A stretch of DNA of 64,000 bases from Macrostomum lignano. Taxonomy: Eukaryota. Each line of letters begins with the position of its first letter. The stretch's first letter is position 1. A program made the translations under genes and the position numbers. Of the stretch, positions 21,849 to 38,100 are shown piece after piece. The stretch lies in contig NIVC01000121.1 of assembly GCA_002269645.1 (NCBI GenBank), positions 372,001-436,000 on the forward strand. Reading direction: 5' to 3'. Below the pieces are notes generated by a model. It worked only from the letters and a program-made list of their open reading frames with translations. It was not told the DNA's origin and did not search any database.

Positions 21849-22920
21849 CCTGGCAGAACAGCCATGACCCGAGAGGGTCCATGGTCATCGCCCTGATGTC
21901 CCTGCAGTAGGGTAGGCAGGGGAAGGGAGTTTGCAAGTTGAGTAAAAAAAACCCGGAAAACTTCCTTCGCGTTCTGCTTCGGTTAGCCATTCCAAGTTCT
22001 AGTTCCAGTTCTCCTTGATTTTGCTCAGATAGACACTGCTTATTTCCCAGCCAATTATGCTATAGACAGCGGAATAACAAGGCCAGCTAGCACAGATTAT
22101 AGTGGCTAAAACTTGAAGCAGCAAAGTCATCTACAAGACTCCGGCCTTTTGTCCTCAAAAGTTATTAGCCTCCTTAACAGGGCCCAGTTTAGCAAGCTTC
22201 AAAGAAATCGCGAGAATTCATCATTAGGAAAAGACAAATTCACGGCCTCTTGCTAAAAAAGATTTCTTTCATGTGCTCATATTTATCTGGCGTAGAAAAA
22301 AGTTCTTGATAATAGAGATATCTGAATGATATAACGGCTAAATGGAGAATTTTTCTGAGATCGACTTCGCTCTCTACTCAATCAATCATGCCAAAAGAAC
22401 ACGCGACTTCTGCTTCTCCTAGGAGAGCTGGTGGGTTGGACACAGTTTTTCTGCTTCTATATACTGGCATAAGCAGCAGTCTCTGTGCTCCATCACTCTT
22501 TCCTATCGCTATTCACAACTGATTAGTGCAGTCAAAGACTTACTAAGGACTTCGAGGAAGTCTAGGGGGGGGGGGTCAGCTGGATCGAGTTTTTATTCCT
22601 CTGGGCAACGCAATTAGGTCCCGCTGATCAGCTGAGGAACTGCTTTTTTGCTTAAGACTTCTTGCAGGAGCAGAAAAAACTGTTAGAGCTACTGTGGGCG
22701 CTTTTCTTCCCAAAAGAATTATGAAATATTATTGGGAGAGAAAATCCAATCTGATGGGGGGAGGGTACAGTTTTATTGCTGCAACTATTTCTTAATATCC
22801 TTACTGCCGTTTCGCTTCAGTAATGGTGGATGGGTACATGCGGCAGCTACCGCTTTGTAGCACGCAGAGGAGCGGGCCGCTGTTTTACAGATTGGGGAGA
22901 TGGCACTGCAATATAGAAAA

Positions 22921-23762
22921 CAGGGAATTTCTATGAGATGGGGAATTTCTATGGGATGGGGAATTTCTATGGGACTGGGGAATTTCTAAGGGATGGGGAA
23001 TTTCTATGGGATGGGGGAATTTCTATGGGACTGGGGAATTTCTATGGGATGGGGAATTTCTATGGGATGGGGAATTTCTATGGGACGGGAATTTCTAAGG
23101 GATGGGGAATTTCTATAGGATGGGGGAATTTCTGTCGAATGGGAATTTATATAGATTGGGGAACTTCTATAGGATGGGGGATTTCTTTGGGACGGGGAAT
23201 TTCTATGGGAATAAGAATTTCTATAGGATGGGAATTTCTATAGCACGGGGAACTTCTGTCGGACGAGGAAGAATTCCATAAGATGGGGAATTTCTATGGG
23301 ATGGGGAATTTCTATGAGACTGAGAATCTCTATAGATGGGAATTTCTATGGAATGGGGAATTTCTGTAGGACGGGGAACTTCTGTGGGACGAGGAATATT
23401 TCTATGGGACAGGGAATTTCTATGGGATGGGGAATTTCTAAGGGATAGGAAATTTCTAAGGGATAGGGAATTTCTAACTGATGGGGATTTTTTATGGGAT
23501 GACAATTTATATGGGATGGGGAATTTATACGTGATGGGGAATTTATATGGGATGGGGAGTTTATATGGGATGGGGAATTTATATGGGATGGGGAATTTAT
23601 GTGGGATGGGGAATTTATACGTGATGGGGAATATATATGGGATGGGGAATTTATATAGGATGGGGAATTTATACGTGATTGGGAATATATATGGGATGGG
23701 GAATTTATATGGGATGGGGAATTTATATAGGATGGGGAATTCATATGGGATGGGGAATTTCT
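22921..23762. repeat. 18-bp G-rich minisatellite (GGGGAATTTCTATGGGAT) upstream of the GPCR
   Basis: Direct reading; shifts to an AATTTATAT variant in the 3' half. Confidence 0.93.
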
Positions 23763-23908
23763 TTGCCATTATAATGAACTGAGAAATCCCATAGCAAGGA
23801 AACGGAAATACTAAGCAAAGGTTTCTAGAATTGGCGATTAATACAAAACTTTCATGCCAAGCAACACACGAGTCTCTCCCATCCCATCACCGCACAGCTC
23901 CCTACAAA

Positions 23909-25873
<1,965 letters not shown>

Positions 25874-25934
25874 GCTGTGCTCAACTATACTGTTACTATA
25901 ATGTGGAAGAATTCCGAGAATTGAATTTAAGACA

Positions 25935-26901
25935 CGGCCAGCTATATTCAACCCCAAGGACTACTCAACCCCAAGGACTACTCAACCCCAAAGACGACTC
26001 AACCCAAGGACTACTCAACCCCAAAGACGACTCAACCCCAAGGACTACTCAACCCCAAAGACTACTCAACCCCAAGGTCTACTCAACCCCAAAGACTACT
26101 CAACCCCAAGGACTACTCAATCCCAATGACTACTCAACCCCAAGGACTACTCAACCCCAAGGACTACTCAATCCCAAGGACTACTCAACCCCAAGGACTA
26201 CTCAATCCCAATGACTACTCAACCCCAAGGACTACTCAACCCCAAAGACTACTCAACCCCAAAGACTACTCAACCCCAAAGACTACTCAACCCCAAAGAC
26301 TACTCAACCCCAAAGACTACTCAACCCCAAGGACTACTCAACCCCAAGGACTACTCAACCCCAAGGACTACTCAACCCCAAAGACTACTCAACCCCAAAG
26401 ACTACTCAACCCCAAGGACTACTCAACCCCAAAGACTACTCAACCCCAAAGACTACTCAACCCCAAGGTCTACTCAACCCCAAAGACTACTCAACCCCAA
26501 AGACTACTCAACCCCAAGGACTACTCAATCCCAAGGACTACTCAACCCCAAGGACTACTCAACCCCAAGGACTACTCAACCCCAAGGACTACTCAACCCC
26601 AAGGACTACTCAACCCCAAAGACTACTCAACCCCAAAGACTACTCAACCCCAAGGACTACTCAACCCCAAGGACTACTCAACCCCAAAGACTACTCAATC
26701 CCAAGGACTACTCAACCCCAAAGACTACTCAATCCCAAGGACTACTCAACCCCAAAGACTACTCAACCCCAAAGACTACTCAACCCCAAGGACTACTCAA
26801 TCCCAAGGACAACTCAACCCCAAGGACTACTCAACCCCAAGGACTACTCAACCCCAAGGACTACTCAACCCCAAGGACTACTCAACCCCAAGGACTACTC
26901 A
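25935..26901. repeat. 17-bp minisatellite (ACTACTCAACCCCAAGG) just 3' of the GPCR stop
   Basis: Direct reading. Confidence 0.96.
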
Positions 26902-28504
26902 AGTAGAAGGATAGAAGGAAACCTCGTTTCTAAAAAATTTTAGGAGACAGGTTTTCACCGAAAAATACACTACGGAGATAGGAAGTTTTTTTTTCCATTT
27001 TTTTCAGCACAAAAACTGCTATTGCTTTTGATAGGAGGCAGATCCAGTGTGCATCTTTTGATATGTTGTGCCTTTCTTATGGCTCTATGGATATAAATAA
27101 AGATTCTATGCTTATACTTTATATTCTACGTACATTCCCTGTAATAAAAATCACAGCTCAATTCACTGGTTCAATCGAATCTATTATACCATTTTCTGTT
27201 GCATACATTGTTACAGAGTCAGCTAAGAATGATAAAATAGATTCATAGAACCAATGAGCCGAGCCGTGCCATATTTTAATGGTTTTTAGGTACAGGAAAT
27301 GTACAGTTCTACGTAGAATAAAAATTAACAAAGAATCCTAATTGTCTGCATGAAAAGCTTATAGTAATACTAATAATAAACATTTTATCTGCTTCCTATC
27401 GAAAGCAATAACAATTTTTGTGCTGAATAAACGATTGTCTATGGCTTAAACTCAATGCTTTGCCTGTGCCTGAGCCACAGACCATAGATGAAGTTTTGAC
27501 CATGGACGAAAGTGGAAACGATTGGCTGTGTCTTAAAATTAATGCTGGGAATTCCTAAATAAAACTAAAAATAAGGCTATTTAGAGCTAGTAGTGACCCC
27601 GAAGCACTCTTAGGTAGCTTACCCACCAGCAATTCAATGATTAATGATAGGTCGCTTGCGTGCAGCAAAATATTTGGCACAAAATATTAATTCAACTCAT
27701 TCCTTCCCACTATAATCTAGTAGATGGTCGGATATAAGACCAAACGTAACCTTATATACACGTATATGTAATCATATACAACCCGGTTGAAAATATATAC
27801 CAATATTAATTGACTTTGCAAATATGCATTCTCGTTGTGCAGGTTATACGAGCTATATTTATTAAAATAGTTGATCAAATCAACCAATATTTTAGTTTTT
27901 TTAGTTCCTAAAAGTGCACTAATTTTATGCTCACGAGGTTGAAATTACTAGAAAAATTGCCTATTAAGTTACATAGCTAGTTCGTAGTTGTAGCAGTATT
28001 ATCAATATTTTATTTCCAATGCACCAATGTGTAACGCAGTTCGTTATTTACACTTGAATAATTCAACATGAAATTATTGCAATAAATTTATGTTTAGCAG
28101 TAGGGGTAAGCAGATGCTCGTTCTGGAATCTGTGAAATCCAAAAAAAGTTCAAAATTCCACTTAGCTCAGCTGATTTTGGCTTCCTGACTTTTCGTGTTT
28201 TGTTTTTTCAGCAAGCCTCACAAATTCAAATAATCCCGCTTAAATTCTCTCAACCCTCCCCTTTTAAATATAAAATAAGCTTTTAAATCATTAATGTGTT
28301 TCAGATACTAGCTATATCATTACTTTTGTTGACGATTGTAAAAATCCTATATACTAAAAATAAGAACTAAAAAGTTTAATGGTCTTCGGCCGTCTGTGCA
28401 TCGGGGAAGGGGCTCCGTGACCCATGACCTTCCTTTGTCGGACTAATGTATTCAATATTTCGTCCTGTACTAATCATGTCAATGTATTTTGAAGCCTTAT
28501 AACT

Positions 28505-28794
28505 TTGATTACACCTGCCCTAATGGCCAGATGTGCAACCGACAGCTCAGCCGCAGCTATTGCGCGGCGCATCTGAAGGCTGCGTACGGCTGCTCGTCCA
28601 AGGACTGGGGGGTCGCAACACACCCTCAATTACCCCAGCTAATGCTGGCACCCATTTTACAGCTGGGTGAACTGAAGCAATGCAGAGTTAAGCACCTTGC
28701 TCAAGGACACAGATTGTTCCGAATGGGTCGAGAATCGAACCCCCGACCTTTTAGCCGCGAGTCCGACGCCCTAACCACTAAGGCTACAGACCCC
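28505..28794 (-). mobile_element. tRNA-derived SINE, near full length
   Basis: Minus strand begins GGGGTCTGTAGCCTTAGTGGTTAGGGCG...GGGGGTTCGATTCTCGACCC, then the same body as 19660-19985. Confidence 0.85.
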
Positions 28795-29492
28795 TTGATG
28801 AATAATGAATAAATTTTGCGCAGACTTGAAGGTAAGCACACACGCAGGCCATTCTAAAGCAGAACACGTTGGCTGCATCCTTAAAAAAATGGGTTCAAGT
28901 TATACCTGGCCAGAGGAAATTGGATTGGAAAGTTATAGACATTGCAGTAGCAAATAATAACTATGTTTTACAAAATCTCAGCCGTATAGCAATTGCCGCG
29001 TTCTTTCCGGGCTGGCAGGGTAGCAGGGCAGGAAGTACAGTTCGGGCTCGTAAATTTCTAACTGCTAATCGAGCAAATCTACGGCTCGTGTGTCGATCTC
29101 CATAAGGTCTTGTCGATGCACACCTATCAATCATTTCAACTTTATCTGCAGCTACAATATATATATATAGATTATAGCAATATGCAGCATATAGCGATGC
29201 AGCATGCCACGTATTCCCTAAAGTTCTCATAATTGGCCACAATCGATTATCGGGCCGCTAAATCCCCAGGCAAAACTAATAGAATTACGCGTACATGTAG
29301 TATTGTTGGTTTTGTCAATAAAGTTGATAAATTAAGCCAATCAAGAAGCAAGTGTTCAGAATCCCCATTCGCTGCCATTCAACTGTACTCAACCAGTTCT
29401 AAGCTTATCAAGCAGATAACTCCATTAAAAATCAGCACCAGGAAATATCAAGCCTGTGGGAGACTGCAAGCTTAGAACTTGGAGCTGTCCGC

Positions 29493-30440
29493 TTGATTGG
29501 CTTTATTGTCTATAGCCGAGTGCAGTTCTGTGACAGTGGCTTTGATTGGCTCTATTGTCTATGGCCGAGTGCAGTTCTGTGGCGTTAGTGGCTTTGATTG
29601 GCTTTATTGTCTATAGCCGAGTGCAGTTCTGTGACAGTGGCTTTGATTGGCTCTATTGTCTATGGCCGAGTGCAGTTCTGTGGCGTCAGTGGCTTTGATT
29701 GGCTTTATTGTCTATAGCCGAGTGCAGTTCTGTGACAGTGGCTTTGATTGGCTCTATTGTCTATGGCCGAGTGCAGTTCTGTGGCGTCAGTGGCTTTGAT
29801 TGGCTTTATTGTCTATGGCCGAGTGCAGTTCTGTGGCGTCAGTGGCTTTGATTGGCTTTATTGTCTATGGCCGAGTGCAGTTCTGTGGCGTCAGTGGCTT
29901 TGATTGGCTTTATTGTCTATGGCCGAGTGCAGTTCTGTGGCGTCAGTGGCTTTGATTGGCTTTATTGTCTATGGCCGAGTGCAGTTCTGTGGCGTCAGTG
30001 GCTTTGATTGGCTTTATTGTCTATGGCCGAGTGCAGTTCTGTGGCGTCAGTGGCTTTGATTGGCTTTATTGTCTATGGCCGAGTGCAGTTCTGTGGCAGT
30101 GTGGCTTTGATTGGCTTTATTGTCTATGGCCGAGTGCAGTTCTGTGGCAGTGTGGCTTTGATTGGCTTTATTGTCTATGGCCGAGTGCAGTTCTGTGGCA
30201 GTGTGGCTTTATTGTCTATGGCCGAGTGCAGTTCTGTGGCAGTGTGGCTTTATTGTCTATGGCCGAGTGCAGTTCTGTGGCAGTGTGGCTTTGATTGGCT
30301 TTATTGTCTATGGCCGAGTGCAGTTCTGTGGCAGTGTGGCTTTATTGTCTATGGCCGAGTGTAGTTCTGTGACGTCAGTGCATGGCCTTGATTGGCTTTA
30401 TTGTCTATGGCCGAGTGTAGCTCTGGCAGTGGCTTTATTG
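29493..30440. repeat. 52-bp minisatellite (GATTGGCTTTATTGTCTATGGCCGAGTGCAGTTCTGTGGCGTCAGTGGCTTT) with shorter deletion variants
   Basis: Direct reading. Confidence 0.95.
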
Positions 30441-31290
30441 TCTTATCAAATTTATTTCATTTGCACAAAGTGAATGCGGGGGGGGGCAGCTGTCCCCTTG
30501 CTTATACCAGCTATGATTATACCTTAACTACAATTGGGGAGTAATCCAGGGGAGGTCAGGGGGTTAAGCTACGAGCTCGTACATGCCCTCTTAGTGAACA
30601 CAAGGGTTGTCTTTTACCAGAGCCAATTGTCCATCTTGAAAAATGAGCCTATAATTGTTAAAAGTGTCTCAAATTTGAAGTATAAAGTGTAAGCTTGTAG
30701 GAGCGATCTGGTCCCACCCATGTAAGATCAGGCAACAGTACTTTGTCTGAAAGTCTTCGAAATCCCTACGATCGCGAAAGAACCGCATGCAGAAAAGGCG
30801 AACGAGTGTTGCGCAAAAAAGACAGATATAAATTTATTTGCGTGTCAACTCGACCTTCGAATGGATTTGAATCGAACGCGGGGTCCAATCGTCACAAACC
30901 CCCATACAAGCATTGATACAGAGATGAATCCTCAAAGCGTTAATGTATCGGTTTTTCCCGGCTCTTTATTTCTTTCCTTCTTTGCACACGGTATTGCTAA
31001 GGAAATGACGAAATAAAAATCCCCTCCGACAACCCCCTAGCCCTTCCAGTGGCCGTCAAGCAGCGGACAGAGGATTAAAGATAATGCTCGTAAAGTACAA
31101 CAACATGCTGAAAGACGAACCGAATGAAGCATTTTGTGCCTGGCTGCTCGCGGAAATGGGAATTTCCAAGATTTGGATGGCTTTATATATAAAGTCGTGT
31201 TATGTAACAGAACGCTCTGAACAAAATCTCGGTTTTATAATGATCAAGCTCTCACATGACCACCTGCCGTGTTTCTCAGACAGATTAATG

Positions 31291-31670
31291 CTGACCTGCT
31301 GAGTCACATAATGCTGATGGAGTTTGAGCAGCTGTGCTCAGTGTATCAATGCTGGCTGACCTGCTGAGTCACATGATGCTGATGGAGTTTGAGCAGCTGT
31401 GCTCAGTGTATCAATGCTGGCTGACCTGCTGAGTCACATGATGCTGATGGAGTTTGAGCAACTGTGCTTAGTGTATCAATGCTGGCTGACCTGCTGAGTC
31501 ACATGATGCTGATGGAGTTTGAGCAGCTGTGCTCAGTGTATCAATGCTGGCTGACCTGCTGAGTCACATGATGCTGATGGAGTTTGAGCAACTGTGCTTA
31601 GTGTATCAATGCTGGCTGACCTGCTGAGTCACATGATGCTGATGGAGTTTGAGCAGCTGTGCTCAGTGTA
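31291..31670. repeat. 65-bp tandem repeat, about 6 copies, downstream of CDK8
   Basis: CTGACCTGCTGAGTCACATGATGCTGATGGAGTTTGAGC... at period 65. Confidence 0.93.
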
Positions 31671-32167
31671 CAAACCCAATACATGGAAATAAGCAAGACA
31701 CAGCAAAGAACTGATCGTGAAAGAATACTGTTTAAAGTGAACTTTAATCGCTACATTTCAAGCATATTGGCAAGGCAAATTATACAAAACATGATTCATA
31801 CATAATGCTGCATTTGATACAACAAACAAAATTAACAATCAATAACATGTTTACACAAGCGAGCAATTGTATAGACAGAAAAGCAACATACAGATAACTC
31901 AGATTCAAACGGGAATCGAACCCCTAGCTAACTAAATCCAAATAAAAAATCGACTCAAAATTTTTTATACGAAATAGATGCGAGTTTTATCAGAAAAGTT
32001 TTTCCAATTTCATACTCGTAGAACAGACAGGCTAGTGCGTGGTTTTAATTAAATCCAAAGCATGCGAAATAACAGCATTTATACAAAATGGTCGAACAAA
32101 ATGGTAGGATAATCAATTAGTGCTTAGACAAATAAGAGTAAGTAAATAAAGCAAGTTAAAGTCCTGC

Positions 32168-35100
32168 TCAGTTGTACTTTTGTCCGCCAACGCCAAAGTT
32201 GGGTTGCTGGCCGAATCGATTCTGTTGGAATCTTTTCTGCTGCTGACTTGAATGCGCCGGTTGTAAAAAGCCTTGCTGCTGCTGCTGATGATGATGGTGG
32301 TGGTGGTGGTCAGGATGCTGCGCCGGAATCTGCATCCGGCCTCGCTTGGCTGCTGGCTCGCCCGACATCATCGAGGAAGACTGCTGCTGGGAGGAGATCT
32401 GCGACATTCCACTGCTGCCTGCCTGCCCTGCCTGCAGGTGCTGCTGCTGCGGGTTCAGGGTGGGGATCCTTCAGTGCCTGCTGCCATTGCCCTCAGATCC
32501 TTCAGTGCCTGCTGCCATCGCCCTCAGATCCTTCAGTGCCTGCTGCCATTGCCCTCAGATCCTTCAGTGCCTGCTGCCATTGCCCTCAGATCCTTCAGTG
32601 CCTGCTGCCATTGCCCTCAGATCCTTCAGTGCCTGCTGCCATTGCCCTCAGATCCTTCAGTGCCTGCTGCCATTGCCCTCAGATCCTTCAGTGCCTGCTG
32701 CCCCTCCCCTCAGATCCTTCAGTGCCTGCTGCCCCTCCCCTCAGATCCTTCAGTGCCTGCTGCCCCCCCCCTCAGATCCTTCAGTGCCTGCTGCCATTGC
32801 CCTCAGATCCTTCAGTGCCTGCTGCCATTGCCCTCAGATCCTTCAGTGCCTGCTGCCACTCCCCTCAGATCCTTCAGTGCCTGCTGCCATTGCCCTCAGA
32901 TCCTTCAGTGCCTGCTGCCCCTCCCCTCAGATCCTTCAGTGCCTGCTGCCTCTCCCCTCAGATCCTTCAGTGCCTGCTGCCCCTCCCCTCAGATCCTTCA
33001 GTGCCTGCTGCCCCTCCCCTCAGATCCTTCAGTGCCTGCTGCCTCTCCCCTCAGATCCTTCAGTGCCTGCTGCCCCTCCCCTCAGATCCTTCAGTGCCTG
33101 CTGCCCCTCCCCTCAGATCCTTCAGTGCCTGCTGCCTCTCCCCTCAGATCCTTCAGTGCCTGCTGCCCCTCCCCTCAGATCCTTCAGTGCCTGCTGCCCC
33201 TCCCCTCAGATCCTCCAGTTTCTGTTGCAACTCTCCTTCCTGGCATCCCCACAAAACACGAGACGCAACCAAGACAGCAATTCCCCAGCAACCAAGAAAG
33301 CAATTCCCCAGCAACCAAGACAGCAATTCCCCAGCAACCAAGACAACAATTCCCCAGCAACCAAGACAGCAATTCCCCACCAACCAAAACAGCAATTCCC
33401 CAGCAACCAAGACAGCAATTCCCCAGCAACCAAAACAGCAATTCCCCAGCAACCAAAACAGCAATTCCCCAGCAACCAAGACAGCAATTCCCCAGCAACC
33501 AAAACAGCAATTCCCCAGCAACCAAAACAGCAATTCCCCAGCAACCAACCCTCTGGAGCAGTTTCTCCTTGTCGTCCGCATCGTCATCGCTGATGAACTC
33601 GCGCTTGCTGTAGGGAATTTCCATGCCCTCGAAGACGTCATGAGACGGTTTCGGATCTTCGAGAAAGTACCGATCTTCCATAGCGTCCTTGGCGGTGATC
33701 CGTTTCAACGGGTCCATTGTGAGCAGCTTGCTGAGCAGTTTAAACTCCACGGCATTGGAGGTGATGCCGTATTTTCGTTCCATGAAAGCTTCTAGGCTGC
33801 ACTTGGCATAGTTGCCGCCTTTGAAGTTTCTGTTTGAAGATAATGCAATGTTTTTTTAATTAGTTTGCCACCCAAAGTATAAAGTCGAAAGTGCTCATAA
33901 CAGTGCTCATTATTGAGTACGAATGTTTTCTTAAATTGCTTCTTTGTTGAATTGTAGACTATTAGAAGGGAATTTATAAACTGTAGACGAAAATTATGAA
34001 TTAATTGAAGGCTAATTACGAATAAATGGAGAGGAATCGATCGAGGGGAATTACGAATCATTTGAAGAGAATAATGAATCAATTGAGGGAATTACGAATC
34101 AATTGAGGGAATCCCGAACGAATTGAAGCGAATTACGAATCGATTGGAAGGAATTATGAATCAATTAGGGGGATTATGAATAAATTAGAGGCGAATTAAG
34201 AATCAACTGAGGGGAATTAAGAATGAATTGAGCGGAATTACGAATCGATTGGAGGGAATTACGAATCAATTAGAGGGGAATTACGAATCAATTGAGGGTA
34301 ACCAGGAATGAAGGGGAATTACGAATGAATGAAGTGGAATTACGAATGAATTGCGGGGAATTACGAATGAATGAAGGGGAATTACGAATCAATTGAAGGG
34401 AATTACGAATGAATTGCGGGGAATTACGAATTAATTGAAGGGAATAACGAATGAAGTGAGGCGAATTACGAATATTTATAGAAGAATTTTGAATTTGTTA
34501 AGACTAGCAGTGCTGCTCACCGAGTCATCCGAGAGTACTCCGGCATGTGAACAATATCACGCCAGTCCTGCTCCTTGGGATAGCCCATGACGCTGAATAT
34601 CCTATCCAACTGGTCGTGATGATACGGCTGACTAGTCTTAATATCCTCCTGTCGGCAATGGAAGATCGGCTCATAGGTGAGCAGCTCCGCCATGATGCAG
34701 CCGATGGCCCACAGGTCGATAGCTTTGGTGTAGTGCCTGGCCCCTAGCAACAGCTCCGGGGCTCGGTACCAGAATGTCACCACCACTGGATCCAGTTCGG
34801 CTAGAGGTTTCAGAGGCTGGTTAAATAGGCGGGCAAAGCCCATGTCGGCGATTTTCACCCGGCCTCGCTCGGGCCCGTTGCCCATCACCAGAATGTTGGC
34901 CGGCTGTGGGAGCGGCAAGGCGATGGAGCTGTTACTGGCTTGTGCTTGGGGCTTTCTGCTGTATAGAATGGGGTCACGGGGTCCAAGGGGGTCAGAGCGG
35001 GGCTTAAAGTGGAAGGGTCAGAGTGACACTAAAAGGGGACATGGGGTCAGAGTGACACTAAAAGGGGACATGGGGTCAGAGTGACACTGAAAGGGGACAG

Positions 35101-38100
35101 GGGTCAGAGCGGCACTAAAAAGTGGAAGGGTCAGAGTGACACTAAAAGGGGACAGAGGGGGTCAGAGTGACACTAAAAGGGGACATGGGGTCAGAGTGAC
35201 ACTAGAAAGGGGACAGGGGTCAGAGCGGCACTAAAAAGTGGAAGGGTCAGAGTGACACTAAAAGGGGACAGAGGGGGTCAGAGTGACACTAAAAGGGGAC
35301 ATGGGGTCAGAGTGACACTAGAAAGGGGACATGGGGTCAGAGTGACACTAAAAGGGGACATGGGGTCAGAGTGACACTAAAAGGGGACATGGGGCCAGAG
35401 TGACACTAAAAAGGGGACATGGGTCAGAGTGGCACTGAAAGGGGACATGGGGTCAGAGTGACACTAAAAGGGGACATGGGTTTAGAGTGACACTAAAAGG
35501 GGACATGGGGCCAGAGTGACACTAAAAAGGGGACATGGGGTCAGAGTGACACTAAAAAGGGGACATGGGGTCAGAGTGACACTAAAAAGGGGACATGGGG
35601 TCAGAGTGACACTAAAAAGAGGACATGGGGTCAGAGTGACACTAAAAAGGGGACATGGGGTCAGAGTGACACTAAAAAGGGGACATGGGGTCTGAGTGAC
35701 ACTAAAAAGGGGACATGGGGTCAGAGTGACACTAAAAGGGGACATGGGGTCAGAGTGACACTAAAAAGGGGACATGGGGTCAGAGTGACACTAAAAAGGG
35801 GACATGGGGTCAGAGTGACACTAAAAAGGGGACATGGGGTCAGAGTGACACTAAAAAGGGGACATGGGGTCAGAGTGACACTAAAAAGGGGACATGGGGT
35901 CAGAGTGACACTAAAAGGGGACATGGGGTCAGAGTGACACTGAAAGGGGACAGAGGGGGTCAGAATGACACTAAAATGAGACAGGGGTCAAGAGTGATAC
36001 CAAGAAAGGATATGATGTCAGAATAGGATGGCCTCAAAATGCAAACAGTGCTCAGAAAGTAATAAAAATCTTTTTTATACATTTCTATCAGTCTTAAAAG
36101 CATTGTCAGTCGGTTTAAGTAACTATATAGTAGAAGTTTCGTCTTAATTTTATATCAATAAAAACTGGCAAAGAGGCGCAAGAGCTTCCTGAAAGCAGTG
36201 CAGCTATTTAACAAGCCTGCAAAGGATTAGATTAAAATCCTATTCCACTTCTACTTTGTAGGCTGCAAGAGCTGTTCGGGGTGATTGAAAACCAACGAAA
36301 GGATTAGATTATAATCCAGATAAAGACTCGATTGTCGATTAGAAAATCGAAAAGCTCTGATTCAAAGGGCTGGCTGAAACACAGAGCTGCTGGATTATTG
36401 GATTCTGCACAAATTCGAGCGTAGCACAGGGCTGCTGTGCACACCGTAGGGCTTCTGTACACCCTGTAGGGCTGCTGTACACCCTGTAGGGCTGCTGTAC
36501 ACCCTGTAGGGCTTCTGTACACTCTGTAGGGCTGCTGTACACTCTGTAGGGCTGCTGTACACTCTGTAGGGCTTCTGTACACTCTGTAGGGCTGCTGTAC
36601 TCTCTGTAGGGCTGCTGTACACTCTGTAGGGCTGCTGTACACTCTGTAGGGCTGCTGTACACCCTGTAGGGCTGCTGTACACTCTGTAGGGCTGCTGTAC
36701 ACTCTGTAGGGCTGCTGTACACTCTGTAGGGCTGTTGTAAACCCCGTAGGGCTGCTGTACAACCTGTAGGGCTGCTGTACACCCTATAGGGCTGCTGTAC
36801 ACCCCGTAAGGCTGCTGTACACTCTGTAGGGCTGCTGTACACACCTGTAGGGCTGCTGTACACACCTGTAGGGCTGCTGTACACCCTATAGGGCTGCTGT
36901 ACACACCTGTAGGGCTGCTGTACACACCTGTAGGGCTGCTGTACACACCTGTAGGGCTGCTGTACACCCCATAGGGCTGCTGTACACCCTGTAGGGCTGC
37001 TGTACACCCTGTAGGGCTGCTGTACACCCCTGTAGGGCTGTTGTAAACCCCGTAGGGCTGCTGTACAACCTGTAGGGCTGCTGTACACCCTATAGGGCTG
37101 CTGTACACCCTATAGGGCTGCTGTACACCCTGTAGGGCTGCTGTACACCCCTGTAGGGCTGCTGTACACCCTGTCAGGCTGCTGTACACCCCGTAGGGCT
37201 GCTGTACACACCTGTAGGGCTGCTGTACACCCTGTCAGGCTGCTGTACACCCTATAAAGCTGCTGTACACCCTGTAGGGCTGCTGTACACACCTGTAGGG
37301 CTGCTGTACACACCTGTAGGGCTGCTGTACACACCTGTAGGGCTGCTGTACACACCTGTAGGGCTGCTGTACACCCTATAGGGCTGCTGTTCACCCTGTC
37401 AGGCTGCTGTACACTCTGTAGGGCTGCTGTACAACCTGTAGGGCTGCTGTAGAACCTGTAGGGCTGCTGTACACCCTATAGGGCTGCTGTACACCCTGTC
37501 AGGCTGCTGCACATTCTGTAGGGCTGCTGTACAACCTGTAGGGCTGCTGTACACCCCTGTAGAAAACATTTTAAAGGCTACGGACAAATAAACAAATAGA
37601 GCAAGCTCACCTTAAGATCCCGATGCAGCACCCAGTTAGAGTGCAAATAGTGAATACCGTTGAGTATCTGATGCATCAAACTCTTAACCATATTTCGCGG
37701 CACAAAAACTTTTGTTTTGCTAGCCTTAGCGGATCGGTGATGCTTGATGATGTGCCAGAGGTCGTGCTCGGCGTAGTCAAACAGCAGCCACACCTTGCGA
37801 GTGTCGTGCGACAGAAACACACGCTGCAAAGCGATCACATTAGGGTGGCAGAGTTCGCGCAGCAGGGCAATTTCTCTGCAAGCTGACATGGACAAGCCGG
37901 AGCCTTCAATCTGCTTCAACGCGTACTCTTTCTGATCGTTTCCCGACTTCTTCTTTGACTTGAACACGTGACCGTAGGTGCCCCGGCCAACTTTGCAGCC
38001 TTCAAATTCGAACACGTCTTCAACTTTTTCGCGTTGTCGGCCAATTTCGCGACAGAAGTCGGCGTCAATCCAGGTGCGACCGCGGCTGGAGCTGGACACG

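Noticed and set aside
17956-21896. DPSTL / KGLGL / VEGSR repeat ORFs
   Set aside because: All are frames of one 15-bp satellite; no splice-linked unique coding sequence found between the blocks.
28720-28794. Possible tRNA gene on the minus strand
   Set aside because: The anticodon stem does not pair, the anticodon differs between copies, and it continues into the SINE body.
25903-31670. Regularly spaced repeats as possible CRISPR arrays, and the PRTTQ/YGRVQ ORFs
   Set aside because: Head-to-tail units with no unique spacers, no cas genes, and a eukaryotic context.
32248-33795. 415-515-aa plus-strand ORFs overlapping the CDK8 3' end
   Set aside because: Antisense read-through of the 31- and 23-bp satellites and of CDK8 exons.
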